This document shows positions 35,587-50,185 of a stretch of 64,000 bases of DNA, one piece after another. The stretch lies in NCBI GenBank assembly GCA_038125145.1, contig JAYPDK010000001.1, positions 4,368 through 68,367 on the forward strand, read 5' to 3'. The first letter of the stretch is position 1; every line of letters starts with the position of its first letter. The position numbers and the translations under genes are program-made. Under the pieces are notes generated by a model. The model had not been told where the DNA came from, made no database searches, and worked only from the letters and a program-made list of their open reading frames with translations. The stretch is from Candidatus Poseidoniaceae archaeon. Lineage in GTDB: Archaea; Thermoplasmatota; Poseidoniia; Poseidoniales; Poseidoniaceae.

Positions 35587-38163
35587 TCATGGTCCATCTT
35601 CAACGCTCGTCTCCCGCTCCCCCGGCAAGGGCAGGTCGTCGGAGCGGGGTTGGGGGGCGACCGGGGCACGAGGAGCAGCGAAGCGGACCGCATCATCGAG
35701 CATGCGCTGGACGAGAACGGGCCCCCAGCCACGCCAGCCTTCCACCTGACGCCGTATTGCAACGGGCATCGCAAGGAGGTCCTCGGGGGTTCGGATACCC
35801 ACTTCCGCGAGCCTTCGTGCACGCTGCCGGCCAACATGACGCACCTTGACCAGACGAAGCAGGTCGGATTTGCATCCGTGGCGGACACGATGGCGGGCCT
35901 CGTCCAACAACGAAGACAAGTGATCCAGGGCAGGGAGATGGTCGTCGAGAAAGACGTCGTCCGTGGTCAAGATCGCTGCGGCACCTGCAAGCAACCACGC
36001 CATGAGGTCGGTTCGGTGGTGAAGGTCGCCTGGTGCGACGTCCAGCGACGCCTCAATCTCTTTGAGCGACTTCTCTTCAATCCATGATTCGACCAGCCAC
36101 GCCGACTTGACCGTGCTCAAATCCCGTTCCTCGTATTCCCGGTCTGCGAGCACCTCATCCACAACGGTTGCGTATTTCTTCCAAAGGTCCGAATCCCGCT
36201 CCGTGTCCTTGGCCTTGAGGAAGAGTTGGGCGAAGTCGTTCGTTGTCGCTGCAAGGTGCAGCAAGCCGAAGCACGTGACGGGGGCGTCGCCCCGAACGAG
36301 GCGCCGAACACCGCGGCGTAAGCCGGTCCGAAGGACCGACGCAGACGCAGGATCGAGGTACAACCGCGTGACAACCCGGCCCATCTCCGTCGCCTCGTAC
36401 ACCGTTGCAGGGTCGCGAACGTTCACTGCAGTGACCGAAGCAGACCGGATGGAAGAGGCCGGGGTAAACCCGAAGACAGACGGTTCATCATCAGAACGAC
36501 GAGGAGCCGATGGTGCAGGCGAGGGCTCATCCAGGATGAGGTCGTCACGGCCGGTGGCTGGGCTGAGCCATGCCGGAACGTCGTCCTCCCATTCTGATTC
36601 GTTGGCAGGAAGGGCGGGGATGAAATCCGGATCGGCGTCCAAGCGGCGAAGAAAGCGTTCGCTGACGAGCCAATCAAGGATGGCATCGATGCGTTCCATC
36701 AATTGAGGCAGCGGCCACTGCCGCGCAAGGAAGGTCCGTGCGAAGAACTCCTCGAGCGCACCACGGTGACGAAGCCCCCCCGCAGCCACCGCGGACAGCA
36801 AATGCATCCTGAGCGCCGCTTCGTTCGCCAGTTTGGACGTCACGTCCTCGACGGGCCCGTGGAAGTATCGGTCGGCCACGTCGTCGGCCACTTCCCAACC
36901 GTCCGTCCCTTTGCACAGCACCCATGCTTCACCAAAATCGTCGTACCGAGGACGTCCAGCCCGGCCAAGCATCTGCCTGACCTCCATGACCGGAAGGGGC
37001 CGGCTCCCTCCGTCCTCAAATCGCTTGACGTCTCGAACCAGCACGCGACGCGCCGGCAGGTTGACGCCCGCGGCGAGCGTTGGTGTCGCAGCGATGGCCA
37101 GCAAATCTCCGTCCTTGAACGCCCCTTCCACGGCAGCCCTCTGGGCATGGGTCAACCCGGCATGGTGGAAGGCCACGCCGTCACGAAGGCAAGCACGAAG
37201 TTGGTCCCCAAGGGTGGATTGTTCCCCTGTGGAAAGCCTTCCAGCGGCCTGTTCCAAGCGAGCCAAGCGTGCTGGGTCGTGCTTCTCGAGGTGCTTTCGA
37301 ACCCGAGGTGCGAGCTTCTTCGCTTCTGCGACCGCAGACCTTCGCGTGGACACGAAGATGAGGGCTTGACCACCTTGCGTCAGCGAGTCAAGCAGCACGG
37401 CCCAGGTGGGCTGCGATACTGGACCGTCCAGCGTCCGAGGCGGACGAAGATCGACGCTCCCTTCGGCCCCCGACTGAACCTTTCTCGGCTCGAGATGGAG
37501 GTCGTACAGGGTCGCGTACTCCAAGGCCACCGGCCGCCAGGATGAGACCACGAGGTCCGCTTCAAGCCACGTCGCGAGGTCCTCGGCGTTCCCGACCGTT
37601 GCTGACAAAGCGACGATCTGTGCCGAAGGCCGCAGATGCCTGAGTCGTGTGAGGTTGATTTCCAAGGTCGGCCCCCTGCTGCCGTCGTTCAGGAGATGAA
37701 ATTCGTCGGCAACGATGACGCTCACATTGGCCATCGTATCGGACTTGGTCCTCATGATGGAATCCAGCTTTTCTGAGGTGCAAACGAGGATATCGCACTC
37801 GTCAATCCGCTGCGCTTCACCTGCAGCATCGCCAACACCCAAGCCAACCCGAAGTCCGACAGCGTTGGCAAGGGCCGTCAATTCCTCGTGCTTCTCGCTG
37901 GCGAGCGCCTTGAGCGGGACGATGTACACCGCGCGGCTCCCCGGGGCCACCACCAGCAGTTGGTGAAGCATGGCGATGTACGCCACAAGCGACTTCCCGC
38001 TTGCGGTTGGAATGGCGAGGAGGACGTTCCGGCCCTGAAGAAGCGGAGGCATCGCCTGCGCTTGAGGTGGATGCAACCGAACGATACCCCATTCGTCCCG
38101 CAGAAAGTCAATCGCCGAGGACGGGAGGGGCAAGCCGTCGATTCGTGCGGCATCGACAGCCAT
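35587..38163 (-). CDS. hel308: Ski2-like SF2 DNA helicase Hel308
   Basis: IPTASGKS, PLKALASEK, DEFH, LSATVGN, FHHAGL, TLAAGVNLPARRV, QMLGRAGRP, C-terminal HhH (VGRQRAR). Confidence 0.92.
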   Translation of the reverse strand: MAVDAARIDGLPLPSSAIDFLRDEWGIVRLHPPQAQAMPPLLQGRNVLLAIPTASGKSLVAYIAMLHQLLVVAPGSRAVYIVPLKALASEKHEELTALANAVGLRVGLGVGDAAGEAQRIDECDILVCTSEKLDSIMRTKSDTMANVSVIVADEFHLLNDGSRGPTLEINLTRLRHLRPSAQIVALSATVGNAEDLATWLEADLVVSSWRPVALEYATLYDLHLEPRKVQSGAEGSVDLRPPRTLDGPVSQPTWAVLLDSLTQGGQALIFVSTRRSAVAEAKKLAPRVRKHLEKHDPARLARLEQAAGRLSTGEQSTLGDQLRACLRDGVAFHHAGLTHAQRAAVEGAFKDGDLLAIAATPTLAAGVNLPARRVLVRDVKRFEDGGSRPLPVMEVRQMLGRAGRPRYDDFGEAWVLCKGTDGWEVADDVADRYFHGPVEDVTSKLANEAALRMHLLSAVAAGGLRHRGALEEFFARTFLARQWPLPQLMERIDAILDWLVSERFLRRLDADPDFIPALPANESEWEDDVPAWLSPATGRDDLILDEPSPAPSAPRRSDDEPSVFGFTPASSIRSASVTAVNVRDPATVYEATEMGRVVTRLYLDPASASVLRTGLRRGVRRLVRGDAPVTCFGLLHLAATTNDFAQLFLKAKDTERDSDLWKKYATVVDEVLADREYEERDLSTVKSAWLVESWIEEKSLKEIEASLDVAPGDLHHRTDLMAWLLAGAAAILTTDDVFLDDHLPALDHLSSLLDEARHRVRHGCKSDLLRLVKVRHVGRQRARRLAEVGIRTPEDLLAMPVAIRRQVEGWRGWGPVLVQRMLDDAVRFAAPRAPVAPQPRSDDLPLPGERETSVEDGP

Positions 38164-38246
38164 GTCCGGAATGCATGGTCGAGGGGACAAAAGGACTGTG
38201 CCTCGCACGGCGACATCCTCAAACCTCAGCCCCACCGGTGCAGTTC

Positions 38247-38744
38247 ATGGCCGCAGCCGACATGGATGCCGTTGACGAGCGCCTCGCCATCTTCGACGAC
38301 GAGCCAGACATCAACGACTGGGTTGAAGTGATGTCTGGTGCAGCCATGGTGCTGCTTGGCCTCTTCCACATGTTCAGCCCGGGTGACCTGGTCAATCCGG
38401 AGACCATGCAGTGGTTTGCCGCGACCGTCGCAGCAGCGGGATTCGTGTGGATCGGTCACGGGTTGAAGGACATGGCCGTGAAGGAAATTCGTCGCTCTGT
38501 GGCGATGCTCGACGAAACGACGAGCGCTGCACCGGACCACGGCCTCATCCGTGACGTGCTCCTCAATCCGGAAGCGTACCGCGACTTCCTGCTCGACGCC
38601 TACCAGCAGGCTTGGGAAGACGGCGTCATCACGGAAGAGGAGATGAAGGAACTCCGGTCCTTCCAATCGGCGCTCGGCCTCTCCGACGAAGAGATGGACG
38701 AAATCTCGGAGCAAGCCAAGAGCACGGCTCAAGACTCGGATTGA
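38247..38744 (+). CDS. Hypothetical membrane protein (2 TM) with acidic C-terminal TerB-like helical motif
   Basis: Two TM segments followed by AWEDGVITEEEMKELRSFQSALGLSDEE. Confidence 0.6.
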   Translation: MAAADMDAVDERLAIFDDEPDINDWVEVMSGAAMVLLGLFHMFSPGDLVNPETMQWFAATVAAAGFVWIGHGLKDMAVKEIRRSVAMLDETTSAAPDHGLIRDVLLNPEAYRDFLLDAYQQAWEDGVITEEEMKELRSFQSALGLSDEEMDEISEQAKSTAQDSD

Positions 38745-40717
38745 GTCCCAAACATCCGAACGGCCAACGCCCGTGCCTGACGACGGCGGCTGAACTCCGC
38801 CATCCAGCCACCAGCCACCAAGACCACCCCTGCCAACAAGGTCCATCCCGGCGCCGAAAGCAAGCCATCGGAGGGACGAACGCCATCGTGGCTCGGAAGG
38901 TCCGCAGCCCTCAACCCGTCCGAAGGAACGGAGCGAACGTCGAGCAGGTCCAGGTCACAATCGCAGAGGGAGACCGCGATGCGTTGAGGCAGCAACGCGT
39001 TTTGCAGGCCCGACCACGTGGTCGCTTCGATGTCGCTTGGGCGTGTCCCCCACGCCGGAGCCGTCACCGAACCTGTGGGCGAGGTGTCGGTCATGGCGAA
39101 ATTGAGGTGAGCCACATTGTTGGGCGGCACCTCGTCAACCACCAGCAACGCTTCCAACATGAGGAGGTCAAGCAGGAGCGAGCGACCTGCGAGGAGCACG
39201 AAGCGCTGCACGTGCTCCGGACTCGCCCCACCGACGCGGGCCACATGGCCGAAGATCGCTTCGTCCAGCCGGATGGCATCGATGCCTTCGACCTGAAGTT
39301 GGTACCGCCCGTCCTCCAACGGCACAGCGTCGGTGACCTCCAACCGCAACCGCAGCACTTCGCCATCCAATCGTCCGAAGGTCGCCCCTGCGTGCATCAC
39401 CATGGTGCTTTCCGGAATTCCTGGAGCGGCCACGTCCCAGAGTTGAGCGAGCCGTTCATCGATCAAGTCGTCCAAGGCGAGTTCCCCGGGTTGCTGCACG
39501 GCACTCGAGGCCGCCACCAAGGGGTGCACGACCCCGGCGGTGAGCACCACCAAAAGTCCGGGTACGGTGAGCCCGAAACGAAGCACCACCGAGGTTGTTC
39601 GACGCGTGAAGTCGAGGAGGCCAACGAGCATGAGCGCAACACCTCCGAGGGCTGCAAGGCCCGAGGATGGGTCTGGAAGGCGTTCGGACGGACCGGCGGC
39701 GGGCGCTTGACCACCTCCAGCAGGATAGGCCCCCTCACCGGTGAAGCCGCCCGGGTCGACCGGCCCAATTCCCTCGTACGACAGCACACCCGCCCAGACG
39801 TAGGCTTGGAACCGGTCCTCCTGCCCTTCGAGGCAGAGCGTCGTTGTGCCTTCCCTCAGGGCCCTCCACACGTACCGCACAGACGCCCTGTCTTCGTCCT
39901 GCACAATTTGCATCTCGGGCGTCGGTGCCTCTCGGCCGTCGGCCAAGGTCAGGTGCGGTCGCGCTGATTGCTGCTGAAGTTCAATGGGAACGAGGTCCCA
40001 TTCCATCAACACCCGAAGCACCTCATGGGCTTCCACCTCGAAGGTGAAACAGTCCACATCGGCCCCGACCAACGCCCCATCGTGGGCCATCTCAAATTCG
40101 GTGTCGACGGGGTCAAGCCGTGAACTTGGTTCATCAACATCGGCCGCTTCGGGGTCAGCGGACCAAGCAATGTCCAGTTCAAGGCTGGACGCCCCGCGAA
40201 GGTGGAGGCTCCATGCAGCGGGCCGATCGAGCGTGAATCCGAGGAGAAGCCGAACGTCATCACCGGGCCACAACACCCGCCGTCCGTCGAGGTTCAGCGC
40301 GACGTCATCGGCGACGTAGGCCACCCCAGTCCCTTCTGTGGAAGGTTCGATTGTCCACTGCGTCACGCCTTCACCGTGCACCAGACGAAGGTCCAAGACC
40401 GGCCACGTCAACTTCGTTGGGTCATCGTCCAGCCGAAAGTCAACTTCGACGTGCTCCAGCACCGAGGGAAGCAGCACAAGGAGGTCTTGGGCGGGGTCGA
40501 GGTCGAACTCCAGCACGACCTCAACCGGGGAGACCGGCGTGCCCTGCACCTGTCCCCCGACGGACTCCTCGCCGATGGGGTACGATGTCAAGCGGCAATC
40601 GCCATCGGCCACGCACGACAGGTGCTGCACACCCACGTCTTCGGTCAACGCTGCCTGCCCGGGAGGGACCAAGGCAAGGAGAGGGAGCAGCAGCAGCACT
40701 GCGACCTTGACGTTCAT
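38729..40717 (-). CDS. Hypothetical exported, membrane-anchored protein (662 aa)
   Basis: Signal peptide MNVKVAVLLLLPLLALVPPGQA, acidic ectodomain, internal TM pair, C-terminal TM followed by RRR. Confidence 0.65.
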   Translation of the reverse strand: MNVKVAVLLLLPLLALVPPGQAALTEDVGVQHLSCVADGDCRLTSYPIGEESVGGQVQGTPVSPVEVVLEFDLDPAQDLLVLLPSVLEHVEVDFRLDDDPTKLTWPVLDLRLVHGEGVTQWTIEPSTEGTGVAYVADDVALNLDGRRVLWPGDDVRLLLGFTLDRPAAWSLHLRGASSLELDIAWSADPEAADVDEPSSRLDPVDTEFEMAHDGALVGADVDCFTFEVEAHEVLRVLMEWDLVPIELQQQSARPHLTLADGREAPTPEMQIVQDEDRASVRYVWRALREGTTTLCLEGQEDRFQAYVWAGVLSYEGIGPVDPGGFTGEGAYPAGGGQAPAAGPSERLPDPSSGLAALGGVALMLVGLLDFTRRTTSVVLRFGLTVPGLLVVLTAGVVHPLVAASSAVQQPGELALDDLIDERLAQLWDVAAPGIPESTMVMHAGATFGRLDGEVLRLRLEVTDAVPLEDGRYQLQVEGIDAIRLDEAIFGHVARVGGASPEHVQRFVLLAGRSLLLDLLMLEALLVVDEVPPNNVAHLNFAMTDTSPTGSVTAPAWGTRPSDIEATTWSGLQNALLPQRIAVSLCDCDLDLLDVRSVPSDGLRAADLPSHDGVRPSDGLLSAPGWTLLAGVVLVAGGWMAEFSRRRQARALAVRMFGTQSES

Positions 40718-41193
40718 CGCTCCTCAACCTCCGCTGGACGGTCCACAAGAACGCTCCCGCACCGCCTGCACGCGTAGCGACCGTTGCCTCGCCGAAGCCT
40801 GCCATGCCGGCGATCGCAGGCCTGGCAGGTCCACCACCAGCGAACACGCTGTTCGTGAAGGCATGCCGCAAAAGCGGAGGCGTCAGTGCTGCCCGGATGC
40901 GGCCACGCAGCCTCCCAGCGTCGAAACGTTGCATCATGAGGCCGGTGGCCGGCGGCATGGATGTACTCATGGTGCAGCACATGCGCTGCATAGGCGTGCC
41001 ATCGGGCCTCAAGCAAACGGGCGTGAAGGTCGATGACGGACACCGATGCCGTTGACACGTTGTCCCGGGTGGTTCCGGACTTCCAGCGCGTCACACCGTG
41101 CCTCCGCAGCGTGCCGGACCGCAACACGCCGAGCGGGACACGTTCGAGCGCCCGAAGGTCGAACGCTTTCCACTCAGGCATCGTCGACATCAC
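40714..41193 (-). CDS. SprT-like zinc metalloprotease with C-terminal zinc ribbon
   Basis: VLHHEYIH...HDATF, then WTCQAC...YACRRCG. Confidence 0.8.
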   Translation of the reverse strand: MMSTMPEWKAFDLRALERVPLGVLRSGTLRRHGVTRWKSGTTRDNVSTASVSVIDLHARLLEARWHAYAAHVLHHEYIHAAGHRPHDATFRRWEAAWPHPGSTDASAFAACLHEQRVRWWWTCQACDRRHGRLRRGNGRYACRRCGSVLVDRPAEVEER

Positions 41194-41268
41194 GCCGATG
41201 ACGTGCGCCTTCAGCCCGTTGAGGACGGAGCGTTGCGCTTCGCTTGGTTGCAGGTGTACGCCTCCCCG

Positions 41269-41739
41269 TCACGACCAGCGGTGGAAGGCAGGGTGCCCTT
41301 CCTTGACCGCCACGAACAATCCTTCCCCGGTGGCGCACACCTCACCTTCTGCTTCAAGGGACATCGAGACCCAGGCTTTCCGACCTTCGAGCCGTGTCGC
41401 ATGGGCGCGAACGACGAGTTCGGTGCCTGCCGGGGTTGGCCGAGTCAAGCGAACGTCGTAGGACGCCGTGACGGTGCACGGCGGCTGGTCCGCCCCGTCG
41501 CGGTCCATCATCGCGATGGCCGCAGCCCAGTTCCCGTGGCAATCGAGCAAGGTTCCGATGATGCCTCCGTTGATCATGCCGGGAAAGGCTTGGTGGTGCG
41601 CTTCTGGTTGAAACCGGGCCACAAGCCCTTCCTCTACGCGATGGGAGTCGATGCGTAAACCGTGCTCGTTTGCTGGCCCACATCCAAAGCAAATGGAGGT
41701 CGGCGCGTGGAGCCGCTGGACACCGGGTGCCTCAACCAT
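41269..41739 (-). CDS. PaaI-family hotdog thioesterase
   Basis: CFGCGPANEHGL, FPGMINGGIIGTLLD. Confidence 0.88.
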   Translation of the reverse strand: MVEAPGVQRLHAPTSICFGCGPANEHGLRIDSHRVEEGLVARFQPEAHHQAFPGMINGGIIGTLLDCHGNWAAAIAMMDRDGADQPPCTVTASYDVRLTRPTPAGTELVVRAHATRLEGRKAWVSMSLEAEGEVCATGEGLFVAVKEGHPAFHRWS

Positions 41740-41813
41740 GCCTCAGCATGGCGGCACGGCCTTTCAGATGTGCGCACACGACAGTTGATGAGGCGCGCAC
41801 AACATGGGTTGAC

Positions 41814-43148
41814 GTGGGCGACCAGAAGCCACCCCGGCGGGTCGTTCGGACCGCCCATGAATTGCCAAAGCGGCGGCGCCGCGCCATCGAGGAAGCCATG
41901 GCGGCACACGAGCCGGAGGACCATCCTGAGTGGGACAGATCCGCGGAGTGGGACGACATCCGCTTCATGCGAAAACGCATCCAAATGGGCACCATGCGCA
42001 CGGTCCACATGCCGCTGCTTCCCGTCAGCATGGGGGACACCTGGCCGATTCCTGTGACCGTACTCCACGGTGCTCGACCCGGACCGACGATCAACATCCT
42101 TGGAGCCATCCATGGCGATGAACTCACAGGACCCAGCGCCTGCACCCACCTGCTCTCGACCCGCTTCACCGAGCCGGGGGCGCCGCTCGACCCGACGAAG
42201 CTCGCAGGAACCGTTCGTATCGTCCCGGTGGTCAACCTCCCTGGTTTTCGTGAGAAATCCCGCTACCTGCCGGACGGGCGTGACCTGAACCGCGCCTTTC
42301 CGGGATCGCCGTTGTCCAACACCACGCGCCGCGTGGCCCATCAACTGTGGACAAACCTGCTTGAGGACACGGACGCCATCATTGATTTCCACACAGCGGC
42401 CAAGGGACGTTCGAACATGCCTCAACTCCGTGTGGACCTCGCCCATCCAGCCTCCTACCTGCTTGCGAAGGCCTTCGGTGCAGAAATTGTTCTTGATTCC
42501 AAACCGCCCTCAGGCAGCCTTCGAAGGATCGCCAACGACGAAGGCATTCCGTGCATCACCTTCGAAGGTGGCGCAGCCGACACGCTCGACAACCGCTCCG
42601 TCATGGTCGCGGTGAACGGAGCCTTGAACGCGCTTCGCTCGCTCAAAATGGTGCCAGGTCGGCCAACCCGACCCGCGTTCAGGCTCCTCGCGTCAGGGTC
42701 GCGGTGGCTTCGAGCCAGCGAAGGAGGCTTGCTGGATGTGTTCGTGCGGGAAGGTGCGGTGATGAAGGAAGGCGACGTTGTAGCGACGATTGCAGATCCT
42801 GCCGCGCCCGGCCTCTCCGTCGACATTGTCGCGCCCGAAGACGGGCTCATGATTTCCATCGCCACCAACCCCTTCGTGACGGCGGGCATGCCCGTTGGAC
42901 ATTTCCTTCCTCTCGAAAAGCACGTCGACCTTGTGCTTCGGCACGTCGATGAAGACGGAAGCCTGCGTCTGAACGCCGCCCAAGGCGACCCCATGTGGCG
43001 TGAGGAACAGGACGTGGAGGAGGTGACCGTCGAACACTCGTCGTCGGAAGACGCTGAATGGGTGGACGCGATCTTCGACCTGGAACAAGAAGAGAAGGAC
43101 GAAGCGGACGGTTCGGAACGAGCGAAGCGCGAGGATCAGGCTGCGTAA
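41814..43148 (+). CDS. Succinylglutamate desuccinylase/aspartoacylase family (M14-like) protein
   Basis: GAIHGDE, DLNRAFPG, IIDFHT, biotinyl-like C-terminal domain; start uncertain. Confidence 0.85.
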   Translation: MGDQKPPRRVVRTAHELPKRRRRAIEEAMAAHEPEDHPEWDRSAEWDDIRFMRKRIQMGTMRTVHMPLLPVSMGDTWPIPVTVLHGARPGPTINILGAIHGDELTGPSACTHLLSTRFTEPGAPLDPTKLAGTVRIVPVVNLPGFREKSRYLPDGRDLNRAFPGSPLSNTTRRVAHQLWTNLLEDTDAIIDFHTAAKGRSNMPQLRVDLAHPASYLLAKAFGAEIVLDSKPPSGSLRRIANDEGIPCITFEGGAADTLDNRSVMVAVNGALNALRSLKMVPGRPTRPAFRLLASGSRWLRASEGGLLDVFVREGAVMKEGDVVATIADPAAPGLSVDIVAPEDGLMISIATNPFVTAGMPVGHFLPLEKHVDLVLRHVDEDGSLRLNAAQGDPMWREEQDVEEVTVEHSSSEDAEWVDAIFDLEQEEKDEADGSERAKREDQAA

Positions 43149-44389
43149 GCCGCGATGGCGGCTTCGACTTCCTCGTCCTCCATCAATCGACGTTGCGATT
43201 TCGCGACCTCAAAGAGGTGGGCGACGAGGCCGTCTTCGGCCTCCATGCCTCGCTGCTCAAGCCAGTGGATGATGTTCGAACGTCCAGCCATGTGACCAAT
43301 CCGAATGCGTTGTTCAAGTCCGAAATCGGCTGCTGGAACACCGCTATAGACACGGTCAGCAAGCCACTGGTCGCCCTTGCGCATGGCTTTGATGACGGCC
43401 GAGGCGTGCACGCCAGTACCCGTCTCGAAGGCATCGTTGCCAAACACGGGGTAGTTCCGAGGCAGCGGCACACCTGTGTAGGCATGCGCCTTCGCCATGT
43501 AGTCGCCAAGCAGGGTCAAGTCGTTGTCAATCGCGCCCATCAACTTGAGGTTGACCAAGGTCTGGTCCAACGGAGCGTTGCCGGAGCGTTCTCCAAGACC
43601 AAGGGCAGTACCGTGGATCACGTCCGCTCCCGCGAAGACGGCGGCCAGGTTGTTGGCCACACCGAGGCCTCGGTCCTGATGACCGTGCCAGTTCACCTCG
43701 ACCTCGGAACGCTTCAACCCAGCATCCTTGATCACGTGCTCGTCGATGAAGCCGAGCAAGTTTCGAACGCCTTCTGGCGTGACGTGACCGCACGTATCGC
43801 AAACGCAGATGCGTCGGACACCCAAGTCCAGAGCGCGCTGGTAGACCGCAACGATGTCCTCAGGTTTCGACCTCGTGGTGTCTTCGGTCACGAACATGAC
43901 GGGGATGTCCTGTTCAACGGCGTAGCCCACCGCACCCTCCATCGTTTGCATCACGCGTTCCATGCTCCAATCCTCCGCGTAGAGACGGATGGGGCTTGTA
44001 CCGAGGAAGGCCGAGGCCTGAATCTCCATGTCGTGCTTCGCTTGAAGGTCGACGAGCGGCTCAATGTCGCTGACAACGGTCCTCACCGCACACCCCGGCC
44101 GGATTGCGTAGTCGTGCTCCTTGATGTGCGTCAGCATCGCATCGATGTGCTCGATGTGGAACGGCCCGGCCCCTGGAAGACCAAGATCCACTTTCTGAAG
44201 TCCAAGCCGCTCCATGTAATCGAGCAATTCTTTCTTTTGATCGATGGTGGGGTTGAGGGCACTTGGACTCTGCAGGCCATCACGCAGGGTCTCGTCGTCG
44301 AACCAAATGCCGTGGGGATGACGAGCAGGGTCCCTGTGAAAGGTTTCACCGGCGACGTTCCAGTCGTGGATAAGGGCCCGCTCTTCCAT
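43136..44389 (-). CDS. LeuA-family Claisen condensing enzyme (2-isopropylmalate/homocitrate synthase-like) without the regulatory domain
   Basis: DETLRDGLQ, HGHQDRGLGVAN, GLGERSGNA, GVHASA. Confidence 0.88.
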   Translation of the reverse strand: MEERALIHDWNVAGETFHRDPARHPHGIWFDDETLRDGLQSPSALNPTIDQKKELLDYMERLGLQKVDLGLPGAGPFHIEHIDAMLTHIKEHDYAIRPGCAVRTVVSDIEPLVDLQAKHDMEIQASAFLGTSPIRLYAEDWSMERVMQTMEGAVGYAVEQDIPVMFVTEDTTRSKPEDIVAVYQRALDLGVRRICVCDTCGHVTPEGVRNLLGFIDEHVIKDAGLKRSEVEVNWHGHQDRGLGVANNLAAVFAGADVIHGTALGLGERSGNAPLDQTLVNLKLMGAIDNDLTLLGDYMAKAHAYTGVPLPRNYPVFGNDAFETGTGVHASAVIKAMRKGDQWLADRVYSGVPAADFGLEQRIRIGHMAGRSNIIHWLEQRGMEAEDGLVAHLFEVAKSQRRLMEDEEVEAAIAAYAA

Positions 44390-44482
44390 GTGCTCACCGC
44401 CTGCCGACGAACCGCGGCGAGGTATTTTGTCCACCGTGTCGAGACCTAAGAAGCCGTCGCAGGCGCCTGCGGCTTCTGCTCC

Positions 44483-49226
<4,744 letters not shown>

Positions 49227-49269
49227 TCACAGAGGGTTTCCTACCCTTTTCATTCAACGACGGCAGTCC

Positions 49270-49360
49270 TTAAACCCCCCCCTTTTTGAACGTCAAAAAA
49301 CGCTCACGTCGCCCCAGAACTGAAGATGGATGGAATCAATTTCTGTCCGAGAGCGTTAAA
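49270..49360. promoter_or_regulatory. Divergent gyrB/aroD promoter region with TATA-like boxes and a palindrome
   Basis: AT-richer stretch. TTAAA at 49270-49274 (reads TTTAA towards gyrB), GTTAAA at 49355-49360 (23 nt before aroD ATG), and TTTTTGA-ACG-TCAAAAA at 49283-49299. Confidence 0.5.
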
Positions 49361-49383
49361 GGCAGGCCCAAGGTCCACGCGCC

Positions 49384-50181
49384 ATGGCCGACCTGAGGGT
49401 GTGCGTGTCCCTCGAGAGCACCACCGTTGACGACATGGTGGACGAAGCCGCCCGTGCCAACCTTTCAGGCGCCGACCTTGTTGAAGTTCGGTTCGATCGC
49501 CTCTGGCTCGAGAAGCCCGCCCCAGACATCGTTGAGGACGAAAACGGCCGCACGCGTGAAGTCATGTCGTTGGAGACCACGTGGGCCATCAACGACCTCG
49601 AATCCGTTGGCATCGATGCTGCGATTGACCGTCTGTTCGAGGGCATCCCCACCGACATCATGTTCACCGTGCGCGCGCCCGACCAAGGCGGGTTTTTCCC
49701 CGGCACCGAAGAGCAACGCCTCGCGATTTTGGACACCGTGGTGGGCCGTGGCGGCATCGCCTGGGTCGACCTCGAGGACGCGATCGACGATGACCGTCGT
49801 GCTTCGCTCGCGGATGCGGCACAGAAGGCAGGAATCAAGATCGTTGTCAGCAACCACAGCTCGAGCACGCCCGCCGCTGCGGAGATTCAGGCATGGGTCG
49901 AGGCAAGCAAGGACAAGGGCGACCTCGTCAAGTTCTGCGGCGTCATTTCCAACCCCTCCGACGCTTTGCAGTTGGTCGAGGCCTCCCTTTCCCTCAAAGA
50001 CGGAAGCGTCCCCTTTGCCATCATGGGCCTCGGTTCTGGCGGAGACTGGACCCGCCTGCACGCGCCCGTGATGGGCCAAAGCATGGTCTACGCGACCATG
50101 CGCACCGAATACGCGCTCAAGGACGAAGGCCGAATCAACGTTCGCGATGTTCGCGATGCGTGGCAGCTCCTCGAGTACTGA
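49384..50181 (+). CDS. aroD: Type I 3-dehydroquinate dehydratase
   Basis: ADLVEVRFD, FTVR...GG, VDLE, VSNH, DLVKF (Schiff-base Lys), MGLG...TRL. Confidence 0.87.
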   Translation: MADLRVCVSLESTTVDDMVDEAARANLSGADLVEVRFDRLWLEKPAPDIVEDENGRTREVMSLETTWAINDLESVGIDAAIDRLFEGIPTDIMFTVRAPDQGGFFPGTEEQRLAILDTVVGRGGIAWVDLEDAIDDDRRASLADAAQKAGIKIVVSNHSSSTPAAAEIQAWVEASKDKGDLVKFCGVISNPSDALQLVEASLSLKDGSVPFAIMGLGSGGDWTRLHAPVMGQSMVYATMRTEYALKDEGRINVRDVRDAWQLLEY

Positions 50182-50185
50182 GTCC

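Noticed and set aside
43058..44449. 463-aa plus-strand ORF (likewise 38612-39967 and 29096-30100)
   Set aside because: Antisense shadows of better-supported minus-strand genes.
49227..49253. 8-codon uORF (MKRVGNPL) upstream of gyrB
   Set aside because: No RBS, spacing does not fit the TATA-like elements, and it is too short to distinguish from chance.
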